64,000 bases of DNA from Chloroflexota bacterium (GTDB lineage Bacteria; Chloroflexota; UBA6077; FW602-bin22; JAMCWG01), in assembly GCA_023475235.1 (NCBI GenBank), contig JAMCWG010000006.1, positions 33,377 to 97,376 on the forward strand. Direction: 5' to 3'. The position numbers were made by a program, and so were the translations under genes. Below the pieces are notes generated by a model, which worked only from the letters and a program-made list of their open reading frames with translations, did no database searches and was not told where the DNA came from. Below are positions 41,696 to 52,035 of this stretch, in pieces (within the stretch, counting starts at the first letter, position 1; each line of letters starts with the position of its first letter).

Positions 41696-43036
41696 ATGCC
41701 TACAATCTGGACCGATCATCCGGCAACCAGCAGTACTCGAATTCGGGCGGTGCATGTGAACGAACTGCGCTCAGCGGTAGGGAACGCGGGCTATACCCCA
41801 CCTGGGGGATGGACAGATCATCCCGTCGCTAGCAGTACACGCATTCGAGCGGCTCATTTCACCCAATTAAGAGACAGCATCCAGCAGTTGTGGAATCAGG
41901 CGAGGATGGGCAACTTGCCCGGCTGGACCAAGCGCGGTGGGAGTCCATCGTCGGGCAGTCCAATCTATGCCGACGATATTAATGACCTCCGTCGGTGGCT
42001 TAATATGTGGGAGTCCCGTAGATACGGCGTGGATTCCGTGGCCTACGATCCCTCGTCTGGCTTCCAGATAACCGCTAACTGGGCAGATGATGTCAAGCAC
42101 CTCGGGGCGCCAGTTGTTAGATTCAAGATCGACTCTCGACCTACTGACGATAGCATCGAGGCTGTACTCCCCACTTATCTTTCTTTGGCATCTCTGTATA
42201 GACAACGCGGCATTCTGCCTTTTGCGGTGCTTACTGGAGAAACGCTACGTACCGGGTATGATGAACGCAACGCTCCACTCGATGGATCCAACAACAATGC
42301 CTATATTGAGGCCTTTAGTCACCGCGCCGCTCGCATTGCTCAATTCCTGAAGGGGGTAGTCGACGTCTTCGAGACCTGGAACGAACCGAACAACTGGGAT
42401 CCCGTGTGCCCAAACCTGTCATCGAACCATTTCGGCTCTATGTTGTACTATTCCGCCCACTACATCAAGCACGATCCGACCATCAACCCTGATGCAAAGA
42501 TCATCTCTGGCGGCCTGTTTTACCACGAGAACCTACCTGGGGATGGTGTCACTCCCGGGTGGGACTACATTTATCTGAATGGTGGGCAAAGCGGGCAGGG
42601 TGGAGTATGCACAGAAGTTGGCGTTTACAACTCAGCCGGCGCCACGTTTTGGCATAGCACCTATGGAGGCTATCCTTGGGACTACCTTGGAGTCCACCCT
42701 TACCACAGCCCGAAAACCGTTGCAGGACCAGCACTTGATGCGACACGGAACTATCAACTCTCCAAGGATGACCCAGGCGATATCTGGGTTAGCGAATTCG
42801 GTGTGAGACTGGACAACAATCAACCACAACAAGCTACGGAATTGGCCGAATGGTATAATCTGGTCCTTGGTAGGGCGTACGTTGGGGCTGCCGTGTGGCA
42901 CAAGCACGAGATGTTCCCGAAAGATGATTTCGTCAATGCATTTGGTCTGACAAACTATAACTCTGACGGCACCATAGATCCGTCTCAACACTTCGACTCG
43001 TGGCGAACTTGTCAGGGGCGAACGGGTGGGTTCTAG
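41696..43036 (+). CDS. clan GH-A (GH5-like) glycoside hydrolase with duplicated N-terminal 34-aa motif
   Basis: FETWNEPNN matches the acid/base strand and IWVSEFG the nucleophile strand. The N-terminus carries two copies of WTDHP..SSTRIRA.H...LR. Confidence 0.65.
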   Translation: MPTIWTDHPATSSTRIRAVHVNELRSAVGNAGYTPPGGWTDHPVASSTRIRAAHFTQLRDSIQQLWNQARMGNLPGWTKRGGSPSSGSPIYADDINDLRRWLNMWESRRYGVDSVAYDPSSGFQITANWADDVKHLGAPVVRFKIDSRPTDDSIEAVLPTYLSLASLYRQRGILPFAVLTGETLRTGYDERNAPLDGSNNNAYIEAFSHRAARIAQFLKGVVDVFETWNEPNNWDPVCPNLSSNHFGSMLYYSAHYIKHDPTINPDAKIISGGLFYHENLPGDGVTPGWDYIYLNGGQSGQGGVCTEVGVYNSAGATFWHSTYGGYPWDYLGVHPYHSPKTVAGPALDATRNYQLSKDDPGDIWVSEFGVRLDNNQPQQATELAEWYNLVLGRAYVGAAVWHKHEMFPKDDFVNAFGLTNYNSDGTIDPSQHFDSWRTCQGRTGGF

Positions 43037-43039
43037 GTC

Positions 43040-44569
43040 ATGCTGAGCAGTGTGTTCCCTCGATGGCTGGTGTCTCGTTGGATGGAACGGCCCACAGGAT
43101 CGGGCAAACCCATCAACTACCAGTGGTTCTCTCAGAATAGCGGATGGGGACTGGCGACCCTCGGCCTACTAGTATGCCTCACCGCCCTGTCAGTCGGCCG
43201 GAACCAGGTGGCCGCCTATGCCGCCGAAGGCACTGGCAGAATTGCCGGCAGTATCTGGCTAGACGTGAATGGCAACAACGCCAGAGACCCTGCGGAGCCA
43301 GGCATACCTGGTGCCCGATTCAGCCTTAGTGCTCGCGGCGTGGGCATTGGTCAGACTGAAAGCGACGGGCAGGGTAACTTCCAATTTGTAGACGTCCAGC
43401 CTGGAACATATTTCGTCTCGGTGACAGCTGTTATGCCTGACCCCACCCAGCCTGGTTTTGGGCGCAGCGCTGAGTTGACGGTGGTGGCTGGGCAGACCAC
43501 CACCGTCAACTTCCCCGTACCGCCGCGCGCTCCGATGTTCGCGGTGGTTCGCGGCGCCGTCTGGTATGATACTAACGGCAACGGGGTTCGCGACCCGGAG
43601 GAGGTACTTCTCAACGGGTTATCGTACCCCCGCACGGTGATGTTCCAGATTGGTCACTTTTCATCAAGTGGGGCCCAAGTGCGCGCAACGCTGTCACATG
43701 AGCCGGCCGCGGGCCAATACCAAGTAACGGTGCCAGGTTCCCAAGGCACGGTCGATATCCCGCCCGGCCTGCGATGGATTTCGGTTATGTACGGCGTCCA
43801 AGGGGCGACGGGCTTCGCCACGGCTTTCTTCACCTTGACTGTGAGCGCCGGAACGGCGGTCACTCGAGACATTGGTCTTGTTCCTGCCACTCCAGTGCCC
43901 GTGGACTACGATGTGCCGAGTTTTTCATTCAGCGAAATTCCGCCAGGGCACTTCTACACTCAGGCTAACGGGTTCAGCGGGATAGGGAGGGCTGGCTACC
44001 TCATCGTCAACGACCTGCCCGCCCGCTTCTGGGACGAGTTCCAGCGCCTGGGCGGCGTCGACGAGCTGGGCTACCCCGCCTCCCGTCGCTTCGTCTGGGA
44101 TGGCTTCATTTCGCAGGCTACCCAGAAGCAGGCCCTCCAGTGGCGACCGGAAAGGGGTCAGGTCGCTTTCGTCAACGTCTTCGACCAGCTGAGCAAGGCG
44201 GGCAAGGACGATTATCTTCTCACCGTGCGCCAGGTGCCCAAGCCCTTCGACAACTCGCCGGATACGGGCCTGCCCTGGGACCAGGTGGTGGCCCGCCACC
44301 TCGCCTACCTCGACCAGGACCCGGCCATCAAAGCACGCTACTTCGCCGACCCCGCCTGGCTTGACCACTACGGCCTGCCCCAGTCCTATGGCGACTTCGG
44401 CAATGTCTTTGTAGTGCGAGCGCAGCGGGCGGTGTTCCAGCGGTGGAAAGTCGATGTGCCGTGGGCGAAGGCGGGGGATGTGACCATCGCCAACGGCGGG
44501 GACATCGCCAAGGAGCTGGGGCTGGTGCCGCCGGAGGCCGCCGCGCCCGAGCCGCCGCCGGCAAGCTAG
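43040..44569 (+). CDS. secreted protein with SdrD-B/Cna-B-like domains and the 207-aa C-terminal domain shared with the GH18 protein
   Basis: Signal/anchor helix. SIWLDVNGNNARDPAEPGIPGARFSL...SDGQGNFQFVDVQPGTYFV and VWYDTNGNGVRDPEE match SdrD-B-type repeats. The C-terminal domain spans 43946-44569. Confidence 0.65.
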   Translation: MLSSVFPRWLVSRWMERPTGSGKPINYQWFSQNSGWGLATLGLLVCLTALSVGRNQVAAYAAEGTGRIAGSIWLDVNGNNARDPAEPGIPGARFSLSARGVGIGQTESDGQGNFQFVDVQPGTYFVSVTAVMPDPTQPGFGRSAELTVVAGQTTTVNFPVPPRAPMFAVVRGAVWYDTNGNGVRDPEEVLLNGLSYPRTVMFQIGHFSSSGAQVRATLSHEPAAGQYQVTVPGSQGTVDIPPGLRWISVMYGVQGATGFATAFFTLTVSAGTAVTRDIGLVPATPVPVDYDVPSFSFSEIPPGHFYTQANGFSGIGRAGYLIVNDLPARFWDEFQRLGGVDELGYPASRRFVWDGFISQATQKQALQWRPERGQVAFVNVFDQLSKAGKDDYLLTVRQVPKPFDNSPDTGLPWDQVVARHLAYLDQDPAIKARYFADPAWLDHYGLPQSYGDFGNVFVVRAQRAVFQRWKVDVPWAKAGDVTIANGGDIAKELGLVPPEAAAPEPPPAS

Positions 44570-44581
44570 ACCGTCCGCCCC

Positions 44582-44812
44582 TTATTCCGGCGCCACCTGC
44601 TCATCCACCTCCTGCTCCTCCATCGTGATGGCGGCGGTGGGGCAGGCCTCCTCGCAGGCCCGCAGCACCTGGCAGGCCAGCGGCTTCACCACTACGGCCA
44701 GGCCGTCCTCCATTTCCAGCACCTCGTAAGGGCAGGCCGCCACACATAGTCCGCAGCCGATGCACAGGTCGGGATCGACCTTGGGCAGCATTCGCTTCGG
44801 CGACATATTCAC
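44582..44812 (-). CDS. 4Fe-4S ferredoxin
   Basis: 76 aa with CIGCGLCVAACP and a second cluster motif C..C..ACEEACP. Confidence 0.8.
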   Translation of the reverse strand: MNMSPKRMLPKVDPDLCIGCGLCVAACPYEVLEMEDGLAVVVKPLACQVLRACEEACPTAAITMEEQEVDEQVAPE

Positions 44813-44950
44813 TCCATCTCAAATCGTAGTAGCTGGGCTGGGCCTGCGTTGTCTGCGCGGGCGGTCTACTCAAGACCGAAATGCTAGCGCTGAGTGCCCA
44901 GGTAATCGCCTTCGAAGATCAGGACAGGCCCGATCATTATAAGCCTGGCG

Positions 44951-46291
44951 CTACCTCTGCGTCGAATTGGGGGGTGCGGACGGGCCGTTCCCCTCGCCGC
45001 TGATCGGCTTCCCTCCGTTCGCTTCCGGCTTCCCTTCGGCCCCCGCCGAGTCCGGACGCTGTACCATGACCCTCACGCGGCGGATGCGCCGGCCGGTGGT
45101 GGAGAGGACTGTGATGCTCGCGCCGTCAGCGGTCACGGTATCGCCGGGCACGGGAATCTGGCCCAGCCGCTCGTAGACCAGCCCGCCGATGGTGTCCACG
45201 TTCTCCACCTGGAGATGCAGGCCCAGGGTCTCGTTCACGTCGTCCACGCTGACTGTGGCGTCGAAGGCGGCCTCGCCGTCGCCGAGGATCTGTATCTTCG
45301 GCTCCTCACGGTCGTGCTCGTCCTGAATTTCGCCCACGATCTCCTCCAGCATATCCTCGATGGTCACTAGGCCGGCAATGCTGCCGTACTCGTCCACCAC
45401 CAGCGCGATGTGCACCTTGCGTCGTTGCAGCTCCTGGAGCAGCTCGTTCGCCTTCTTCGATTCGGGCACGAAATAGGCCGGGCGGACCAGGTCCTTCACC
45501 GGCCTGTCGACGCGGCCCTCGCGCAGCTCGCGCAGCAGGTCCTTGGCGTACAGTATTCCGAGGATGTTGTCGATGGCGTCCTGGTACACAGGGAAGCGGG
45601 AGTAGCCGTAGCGGATCACCAGATCGGCCGCCTGGGAGACCGGCGTATCGCCGGGAGTGGCGACGATGTCGGGCCGCGGCACCATAATCTCGTGAAGGGT
45701 CGTCTCCTCCATCTCGAGGATGCTGTCGATCATCTCGCGCTCTTCTTCTTCCAGTATGCCGGCTTCCTCGCCGGCATCCACCCAGGCGCGCAGCTCATCT
45801 TCGGTGACCATCGGGGCCTCACCGACCTCGCGGGCCCGAAATAGCCGGTGCCACAGTCTACTGGCGAGCGAGAGCACCGCCGTCAAGGGAGACAGCAGCG
45901 TCGCCACGATGTTGAACGGCAGCGCGATGGCCAGCGCCGTCGGCTCCGGGCTATGGTGGGCCAGGGTGCGCGTGGCAGTCAGCACGAGGAGCAGCGCTAT
46001 GGCTACCGCGACTGCCCCGGCGAGGACGGAGAATGCCTGGGTCAGCAGGATAGCCATCGCAGCCGCCAACACCGTGCCCACGATGCCGACAACCGACGTA
46101 GCGGTGAAGAAGTATTCGGACCGCTCTATCCATCTCTCAAGAATGGCAGCGCGGTTGTCGCCGTTCTCGGCGAGATGTTGGAGGCGTGGTCGAGGTAGGG
46201 ATCGCAGGGATGTCTCTGCGGCCAGGGCCAGGGCTGAGAGGATCAGCCCGAGCACCAGGAACGCTAATTCAATCGAACTATCAGGGTCCAA
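44951..46291 (-). CDS. hemolysin-family / CNNM (DUF21-CBS pair-CorC_HlyC) membrane protein
   Basis: N-terminal 4-TM DUF21, a CBS pair (IMVPRPDIV..., RFPVY) and a C-terminal CorC/HlyC domain (GGLVYERLGQIPVPGD). Confidence 0.85.
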   Translation of the reverse strand: MDPDSSIELAFLVLGLILSALALAAETSLRSLPRPRLQHLAENGDNRAAILERWIERSEYFFTATSVVGIVGTVLAAAMAILLTQAFSVLAGAVAVAIALLLVLTATRTLAHHSPEPTALAIALPFNIVATLLSPLTAVLSLASRLWHRLFRAREVGEAPMVTEDELRAWVDAGEEAGILEEEEREMIDSILEMEETTLHEIMVPRPDIVATPGDTPVSQAADLVIRYGYSRFPVYQDAIDNILGILYAKDLLRELREGRVDRPVKDLVRPAYFVPESKKANELLQELQRRKVHIALVVDEYGSIAGLVTIEDMLEEIVGEIQDEHDREEPKIQILGDGEAAFDATVSVDDVNETLGLHLQVENVDTIGGLVYERLGQIPVPGDTVTADGASITVLSTTGRRIRRVRVMVQRPDSAGAEGKPEANGGKPISGEGNGPSAPPNSTQR

Positions 46292-46293
46292 CC

Positions 46294-47679
46294 CTAACTT
46301 AGCCCCTTTGAGGCCGACGAGGCTGAGGACCGCCGCGGCCTCACCCGACGGACGGCTTCGGCGGGCACCCCGCGCACTACGGTCTCCGGAGGCACATCGT
46401 GTGTCACCACCGAGCCGGCGCCGGTCACAGCACCCCGTCCCACCAGCACGGGTGCGACCAGCATCGTATCGCTGCCCAGCGCAACGCCGTCCTCGATGTC
46501 AGTGGGGTATTTCTCCTGAGTCTCGGAGTTGAAGTTGCAGGTAATGACGCCGGCAGCGATGTTTACGTTGGCCCCTACCCTTGCATCGCCGATGTAGCTG
46601 AAATGATGCATCTGTGTGCCCGGCCCCAGGCGCGAGTTCTTGACCTCTGCGTAGTTGCCGAGGTAGGCGCCGGAGCACAGGTGAGCCCCCGCTCGCAGGT
46701 GAGAGAATGGGCCAACTCGCACGTTCTCCTCCAAAGTGGCCTCTTCCAAGACCGAGAAGACGATGTGGCATCCCTGGCCGATAGTCGAGTCGACGACGCG
46801 GGTGTTGGGCCCGATGATGCAGCCCTCTCCAATGCTGGTGCGCCCCTCGATGAAGGTGTTCGGGTGGACCACGGTGTCGGCGGCGATGACAGCAGTGTCG
46901 TCGATGAAGGCCGACGAGGGGTCCAGCAGGGTTACGCCTGCCAGCATCAGCCGCTCGCGGATGCGCTGACGAAGCACGGCGTCGGTGCGCGCCAGTTGCA
47001 CCCGGTTGTTGATGCCCGAAGCCTCATCAGGGTCGCCGACCGGCACGCCCACCACCGGCGTGCCCTGCTCGGCGGCCAGCGCAATGACATCGGTAAGGTA
47101 GTACTCGGCGTCGGCGTGGCGCGGTAATCCGGGCAAGATGTCCCAGAGCCGCGCCGCCTGAAAGCAGTAGATGCCGCAGTTCACTTCCGTAATGACCTTT
47201 TCCTCGGAGGTAGCCTCCGCTTCCTCCACGATGCCGCGCAGATTACCGGCCCCGTCCCGGAGTATGCGGCCGTAGCCCGTCGGGTCCGGGAGCCGCGCCG
47301 TGAGGACACTCGCCGGCCCGTTCTGCCGTGCCGAGATCAGCGCCCGCAGGGTCCCGGCGCGCAGCAGCGGCATATCCCCATAGAGCACCAGTATCTCGTC
47401 GCACGCGTCGCCGAGGACGGCTCTGGCCTGGCCCAGGGCGTGGCCCGTGCCGAGCTGGGGCTCCTGGAGCACCGCCTCCGCGCCGGGGGGGAGCACCGAC
47501 CGCACCCGGTCCGCCTGGTGACCGAGCACCACCAGGGTGCGCGCCGCGCCCAGTGCGGCGGCTGCCTGAAGGGAATACTCCAGCATGGGCCGGCCGGCGA
47601 CCGGGTGAAGCACCTTGGGCAGCCGCGATTTCATACGGGTGCCCTGTCCCGCCGCCAGTATGACCACGGCCAGACTCAA
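46294..47679 (-). CDS. glmU: bifunctional UDP-N-acetylglucosamine pyrophosphorylase / glucosamine-1-phosphate N-acetyltransferase
   Basis: N-terminal VILAAGQGTRMKSRLPKVLHPVAGRPML, plus a C-terminal left-handed beta-helix of hexapeptide repeats. Confidence 0.9.
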   Translation of the reverse strand: MSLAVVILAAGQGTRMKSRLPKVLHPVAGRPMLEYSLQAAAALGAARTLVVLGHQADRVRSVLPPGAEAVLQEPQLGTGHALGQARAVLGDACDEILVLYGDMPLLRAGTLRALISARQNGPASVLTARLPDPTGYGRILRDGAGNLRGIVEEAEATSEEKVITEVNCGIYCFQAARLWDILPGLPRHADAEYYLTDVIALAAEQGTPVVGVPVGDPDEASGINNRVQLARTDAVLRQRIRERLMLAGVTLLDPSSAFIDDTAVIAADTVVHPNTFIEGRTSIGEGCIIGPNTRVVDSTIGQGCHIVFSVLEEATLEENVRVGPFSHLRAGAHLCSGAYLGNYAEVKNSRLGPGTQMHHFSYIGDARVGANVNIAAGVITCNFNSETQEKYPTDIEDGVALGSDTMLVAPVLVGRGAVTGAGSVVTHDVPPETVVRGVPAEAVRRVRPRRSSASSASKGLS

Positions 47680-47894
47680 GGCGAAAGCCTCCTATGATGG
47701 ACTGAGTGTGCCATCGTTAAGATATTATAACATAACGGGGCCCTTGACCCTTAACCTGAGTGATGGTATGCTTTTTCTGTTGTCAATGGCGCTGCCGGGG
47801 CGCGACGGTCGTCTCTCTCCAGGGGGCGGCTGCTCGGCGCCTGCAGCGTGGACAGTGAGGTGATGATGTTCACCACCAAACAAGGAGCTGAACG

Positions 47895-48218
47895 ATGAGC
47901 AAGCCCGTGGCCGTTACCGATGCGACTTTTGAGCAGGAAGTGCTGCAATCCTCTACACCAGTCCTGGTCGATTTCTGGGCGGAGTGGTGTGGGCCGTGCC
48001 GGATGGTAGCCCCAGTGGTAGAACAGATTTCGGAGGAGCAGGGAGAAAAGCTGAAAGTCGCCAAGCTGGATGTAGACCATAACCCTGAAAAGGCGCAAGA
48101 GTATGGCGTGATGAGCATCCCCACCCTCATTCTGTTCAAGGGCGGCCAGCCGGCAGAGCGGCTGGTCGGCTACATGCCCAAAGAGCAAATCACCCGCAGG
48201 ATCTCGCCGCATCTATAG
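47895..48218 (+). CDS. trxA: thioredoxin
   Basis: 107 aa with the WAEWCGPCR active site. Confidence 0.9.
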   Translation: MSKPVAVTDATFEQEVLQSSTPVLVDFWAEWCGPCRMVAPVVEQISEEQGEKLKVAKLDVDHNPEKAQEYGVMSIPTLILFKGGQPAERLVGYMPKEQITRRISPHL

Positions 48219-48264
48219 ACAACTGTTCCTCTGACAGCACCACCGCGACTGATAGCCGCGTGAC

Positions 48265-48287
48265 AGGGGCCACCTCGTGTGGCCCCT
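48265..48287. terminator. hairpin between convergent trxA and the MFS gene
   Basis: 9-bp stem AGGGGCCAC / GTGGCCCCT with a 5-nt loop. No strong T-tract. Confidence 0.35.
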
Positions 48288-48309
48288 CACCAGTTTGCCC
48301 GCTATTGCT

Positions 48310-49662
48310 TCAAGCGCCCTCGGCGCGGGCGATGCGCCGCACCTTGCGGGGCCCGGTCAGCCAGACGGCGATGACGGAAGCGACGAGGGCCACCAGCGTG
48401 CCCCAAATGGCGGCCTGGTAATCGCCGGTCAGATCGAAGGAGTAGCCTCCCAGCCACGGCCCGAGGGCGGTGCCGAGGCCCACCCCGATGAACGACACGC
48501 CCCAGATGCTGCCGAAGTTGCGTCCCTGGAAGATGTCGGCGGACACGCCGGAGAACAGCGGGGCGATGGTGCCCTGACCGATGCCGAAGAGGGCGGCGAA
48601 GGCCAGCAGCATCCACGACTCCGGCGTCATGGTGAGCCACAACAGCACGAATATGCCGGCGCCGGTGGCGGCGCTGCCGATGGTGTACGACCACTCGCGG
48701 TTCAGCATGTCGGACACGACGCCCCAGATGATCTTGCCCACGGAGGCGAAAACCCCCATCAGACCGAAGACCGAAGCGGCGAGCAGTGCGTCGAAGCCCG
48801 CATCCACCATCAGTGCCACCTGATGCACCATCCAGGTCTGAGTCGCGATGGAGGCCAGGACCAGGGTGGCGAAGAGCAGCCAGAAGCGGTGGGTGCGGAG
48901 GGCCGTCGCCACCGTCCATTCCCGCTCAGCCCACGCGCGGTCGACCACGACTACCCGGCGCTGGCGGGGGCGGGGCTGCTGGCCGGCGGCGGTGGCCTCG
49001 CCGTCCGGCAGCAGGCCTTTCTCCTGCGGGCGCAGGCGCTGGAAGACGGCGTTCAGCGTCGGCTGAACGGCCAGCACCAGTCCCGCCAGGGCTATGTAGG
49101 AGAGCCGCCAGCCGAAGTTCGAGATGAGATACTGTGCGCCGGGCACGATCAGGAACATCCCCGCGCCGACGCCGGCGAAGGAGAGGCCCACGGCGGTGCC
49201 GCGCCAGCGCTGAAACCAGTGCGTGAGAATGGTGGTGTTTGGAATCATACCGGTGCAGGTGATGCCCAGCGCGACGATTACCCCATAGTAAATGTAATAC
49301 TGCCAGAGTGCCTGCAACTGGCTGGTCAGGAACAGGCCGATGGCGAGAATCAGGGCTCCCAGAGGTATCAGCCGGCGCGGCCCCCAGCGGTCCACCAGTA
49401 TGCCGCCTAACGGCGAGGTGAAGCCGTTGACGATCCGGTTGAGCGAGTAGGCGGCGGCGGTGTCGGCCCGCGTCCAGCCGAATTCCTGGAGGATGGCGAC
49501 ATAGAAGACCGAGAAGCCGTGGGAGATGGCGTAGGTGACGGCCAGCGTCAGGAAACACACGCCGACGACCACCCACCCGTAGAAGAAACGGGGTGCTGTA
49601 CGCGAGAGCCTCATTGCCTGCATATCACGGACCAGTATACGCCGATGAACAGCGAAGGACAA
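48310..49662 (-). CDS. MFS transporter
   Basis: 450 aa with about 12 TM helices and an MFS loop motif (GGILVDRWGPRR). Confidence 0.8.
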   Translation of the reverse strand: MSFAVHRRILVRDMQAMRLSRTAPRFFYGWVVVGVCFLTLAVTYAISHGFSVFYVAILQEFGWTRADTAAAYSLNRIVNGFTSPLGGILVDRWGPRRLIPLGALILAIGLFLTSQLQALWQYYIYYGVIVALGITCTGMIPNTTILTHWFQRWRGTAVGLSFAGVGAGMFLIVPGAQYLISNFGWRLSYIALAGLVLAVQPTLNAVFQRLRPQEKGLLPDGEATAAGQQPRPRQRRVVVVDRAWAEREWTVATALRTHRFWLLFATLVLASIATQTWMVHQVALMVDAGFDALLAASVFGLMGVFASVGKIIWGVVSDMLNREWSYTIGSAATGAGIFVLLWLTMTPESWMLLAFAALFGIGQGTIAPLFSGVSADIFQGRNFGSIWGVSFIGVGLGTALGPWLGGYSFDLTGDYQAAIWGTLVALVASVIAVWLTGPRKVRRIARAEGA

Positions 49663-49689
49663 ACCGAAGGGAAGCGGCCGGCAAATGAC

Positions 49690-49717
49690 TTGATTGGAAT
49701 CCAGGACCGGGTATAAT
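49690..49717 (+). promoter_or_regulatory. candidate sigma-70-type promoter of the two-component operon
   Basis: TTGATT (49690-95), a 16-nt spacer, then TATAAT (49712-17). ATG 49736 follows closely. Confidence 0.5.
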
Positions 49718-49735
49718 CTTATTGGGAAAATCTAT

Positions 49736-51205
49736 ATGGAAAGTATTCATAATCTGTTTCAGGCGATCAATACCCTGGTATACCTGATCTATGGCCAGGT
49801 CTTCCTGTTTATGGGCCTGGCGATCGCTATGCAGCCGCGGGGGCGAAGCCGCCTCGAGCTGCGAAGGCACCTGCTGCTGCTGGCGGGGTTCGGACTGGCG
49901 CACGGCACGGTCGAGCTTGGCTACATCGTGATCCCGCTGGAAAGGTCCTATCTGCCGGACAACGTAATCTCGCTGATGCGGTTCGCGCAGTCTTCCCTGC
50001 AGGCGCTCTCGTTTTACTTCCTGCTGCAGTTGGGCGTCCGGCTGATGGCGGCGAGGTCGCCACGCTGGAAGCTGGTGGATCGTGTGCCAGGCCTCGTCCT
50101 GGCGGCCTGGGCCTTGTGGTTCGGCCTTTCGCTGTCGGTCGGCTCTTCTGAGGAAACCCTGGTGCGCTCGGCCGACATTCTGGGCCGCTATACGATGGCG
50201 CTGCCGGGCGCATTCTTGATCGCTTTGGGGCTGCTCCGCCAGACGCAGATGATTGGGCAGCAGGGGCTGGCCCAGTTTCGGACCTGCCTTCGTGATGCGG
50301 CCTTCGCCTTCTTCGGGTATGCCGTGTTCGGAGGCCTGGTGGTGGCCGAGCCGCTTCCGACCGCCCACCCCGGTGACCTGGCCGCCCTACCGGGGGCCTT
50401 CCCGCTGGCCCTGTTGATCAACGCCGGGCGGGTCGAGCACGAGCTGGGCATACCCGTGCCGATTTATCGGTCTCTGGCTGGGATCGCGATGGCCTACTTT
50501 GTCGTGCGCGCCCTGCAGGTGTTCGAGGGTGAGACCGACCAGTTGATCGAGGCAATGGAAAAGGAGCGAATCCTCTCCCTTGAGCGGGAGCGCATCGCCA
50601 GGGAGCTGCATGACGGCATCATTCAATCGATCTACGCCGCCGGCCTGGTGCTGGAAGACGCGCACTACACGATGGCCGAGGACCTGCCGGTGGGACAAAG
50701 CAAGGTGGAGGCCGCGATGATGGCCCTGGACAAAGTGGTGGGGGATATCCGGGCCTACATCTTCGACTTGCATGCCCCTGCCGAACAGGATACCTTGGAG
50801 TCGAGTCTGGCCGGGCTGGCGGCCGGGCTCGGCCAGGGACCCACCCGGGTGGGTCTGCAGATAACCGGCCAGCCGGAGGGAGACGTCTCGGCCATACAGC
50901 GCTTCCACCTGCTGCAGGTGGCCCGAGAGGCGCTGAGCAACGCGTCCCGACACGCCGACGCCAGCCAGGTGACCATCAATCTGGAGTACCAGCCTCAGGG
51001 CGTACGGCTGCTGATCAGCGACGACGGCCGGGGCTTCGACACGGCGCATTCACCGCCTGACGACGGACACCATCAGCTCGGGCTGTCGAACATCGCCGAA
51101 AGGGCTCGGCAGATCGCCGGCACCCTGAGAGTAGACAGCGCACCGGGTAAAGGGACCCGGGTCGATATGGAGATCCCGTACTCGGAGCTGAGGAAGAAGC
51201 CATAG
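49736..51205 (+). CDS. membrane sensor histidine kinase (HisKA_3 / NarX-DesK type)
   Basis: Multi-TM N-terminus. The H-box is [18 protein letters not shown]. The HATPase_c domain includes LSNASRHA and DDGRGF. The track start at 49694 lies upstream of the putative -10 element. Confidence 0.8.
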   Translation: MESIHNLFQAINTLVYLIYGQVFLFMGLAIAMQPRGRSRLELRRHLLLLAGFGLAHGTVELGYIVIPLERSYLPDNVISLMRFAQSSLQALSFYFLLQLGVRLMAARSPRWKLVDRVPGLVLAAWALWFGLSLSVGSSEETLVRSADILGRYTMALPGAFLIALGLLRQTQMIGQQGLAQFRTCLRDAAFAFFGYAVFGGLVVAEPLPTAHPGDLAALPGAFPLALLINAGRVEHELGIPVPIYRSLAGIAMAYFVVRALQVFEGETDQLIEAMEKERILSLERERIARELHDGIIQSIYAAGLVLEDAHYTMAEDLPVGQSKVEAAMMALDKVVGDIRAYIFDLHAPAEQDTLESSLAGLAAGLGQGPTRVGLQITGQPEGDVSAIQRFHLLQVAREALSNASRHADASQVTINLEYQPQGVRLLISDDGRGFDTAHSPPDDGHHQLGLSNIAERARQIAGTLRVDSAPGKGTRVDMEIPYSELRKKP

Positions 51206-51210
51206 CGACG

Positions 51211-51870
51211 GTGAACGAAAAACTGAGTATCCTTCTGGTCGACGACCATGAGGTGGTCCGAATAGGCTTGCGCGCGCTGCTGAGCCGGCATCCGAACTTC
51301 CAGATAGTAGGGGAGGTGGGCTCGGGCGATGAGGCCGTGGCGATGGCTCGCGAGCTGGAGCCGGACGTCGTGGTGATGGACGTGCGTATGCCCGGCGGCA
51401 GCGGGATCGAGGCGTGCCGGCAGATCGTGGCCGAGCATCCGGAGACGCGAGTAATCATGCTCACTTCGTATACCGAGGATGAGCTGTTGTTCGAGGCCAT
51501 CACCGCCGGGGCAGCCGGCTACGTCCTCAAGCAGATCGGCAGCGATGCCCTGGTGAAGGCGATCGAGGCAGTGGGGCGCGGCGAATCGCTTCTTGACCCC
51601 GCGCTGACCGGGCGCGTGTTCGGAAAGCTGCGCGAAGCGGCCCAATCGAGAAAGCAGGCCGCCTTCAACGGGCTGAGCCCCCAGGAGCTGCGCATACTGG
51701 CCCTCATCAGCAAGGGACACACCAACCGCGAGATTGCCGCCGAGGTGTTCCTGAGCGAGAAGACGGTCCGCAACTACGTGAGCAGCATCTTCGACAAGCT
51801 GGGCCTGGCCCACCGGGTGGAAGCCGCGGCCTATGCGCTCAGACACGGTATCGATGACTACGTAGAATAG
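51211..51870 (+). CDS. NarL/LuxR-family response regulator
   Basis: REC domain ([21 protein letters not shown]) plus a C-terminal LuxR HTH ([44 protein letters not shown]). Confidence 0.9.
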   Translation: MNEKLSILLVDDHEVVRIGLRALLSRHPNFQIVGEVGSGDEAVAMARELEPDVVVMDVRMPGGSGIEACRQIVAEHPETRVIMLTSYTEDELLFEAITAGAAGYVLKQIGSDALVKAIEAVGRGESLLDPALTGRVFGKLREAAQSRKQAAFNGLSPQELRILALISKGHTNREIAAEVFLSEKTVRNYVSSIFDKLGLAHRVEAAAYALRHGIDDYVE

Positions 51871-52035
51871 CCAACGTACGTTTGTCATACTGTCCCAAGG
51901 AGGAGGGACAGTATTCCGGACACGTCAGGACGCTTACACATTCCTCCCGGCGCGCCGCAAACCTATCATAACAATGCAGATCATATTACTCGACAATATG
52001 GTCTGCTGAGGATTGACCTCGGATAATGTGGTGGT

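Noticed and set aside
44601-44873. 90-aa minus-strand ORF overlapping the ferredoxin gene
   Set aside because: The alternative frame, 44582-44812, carries two canonical 4Fe-4S Cys motifs, and this one has none.
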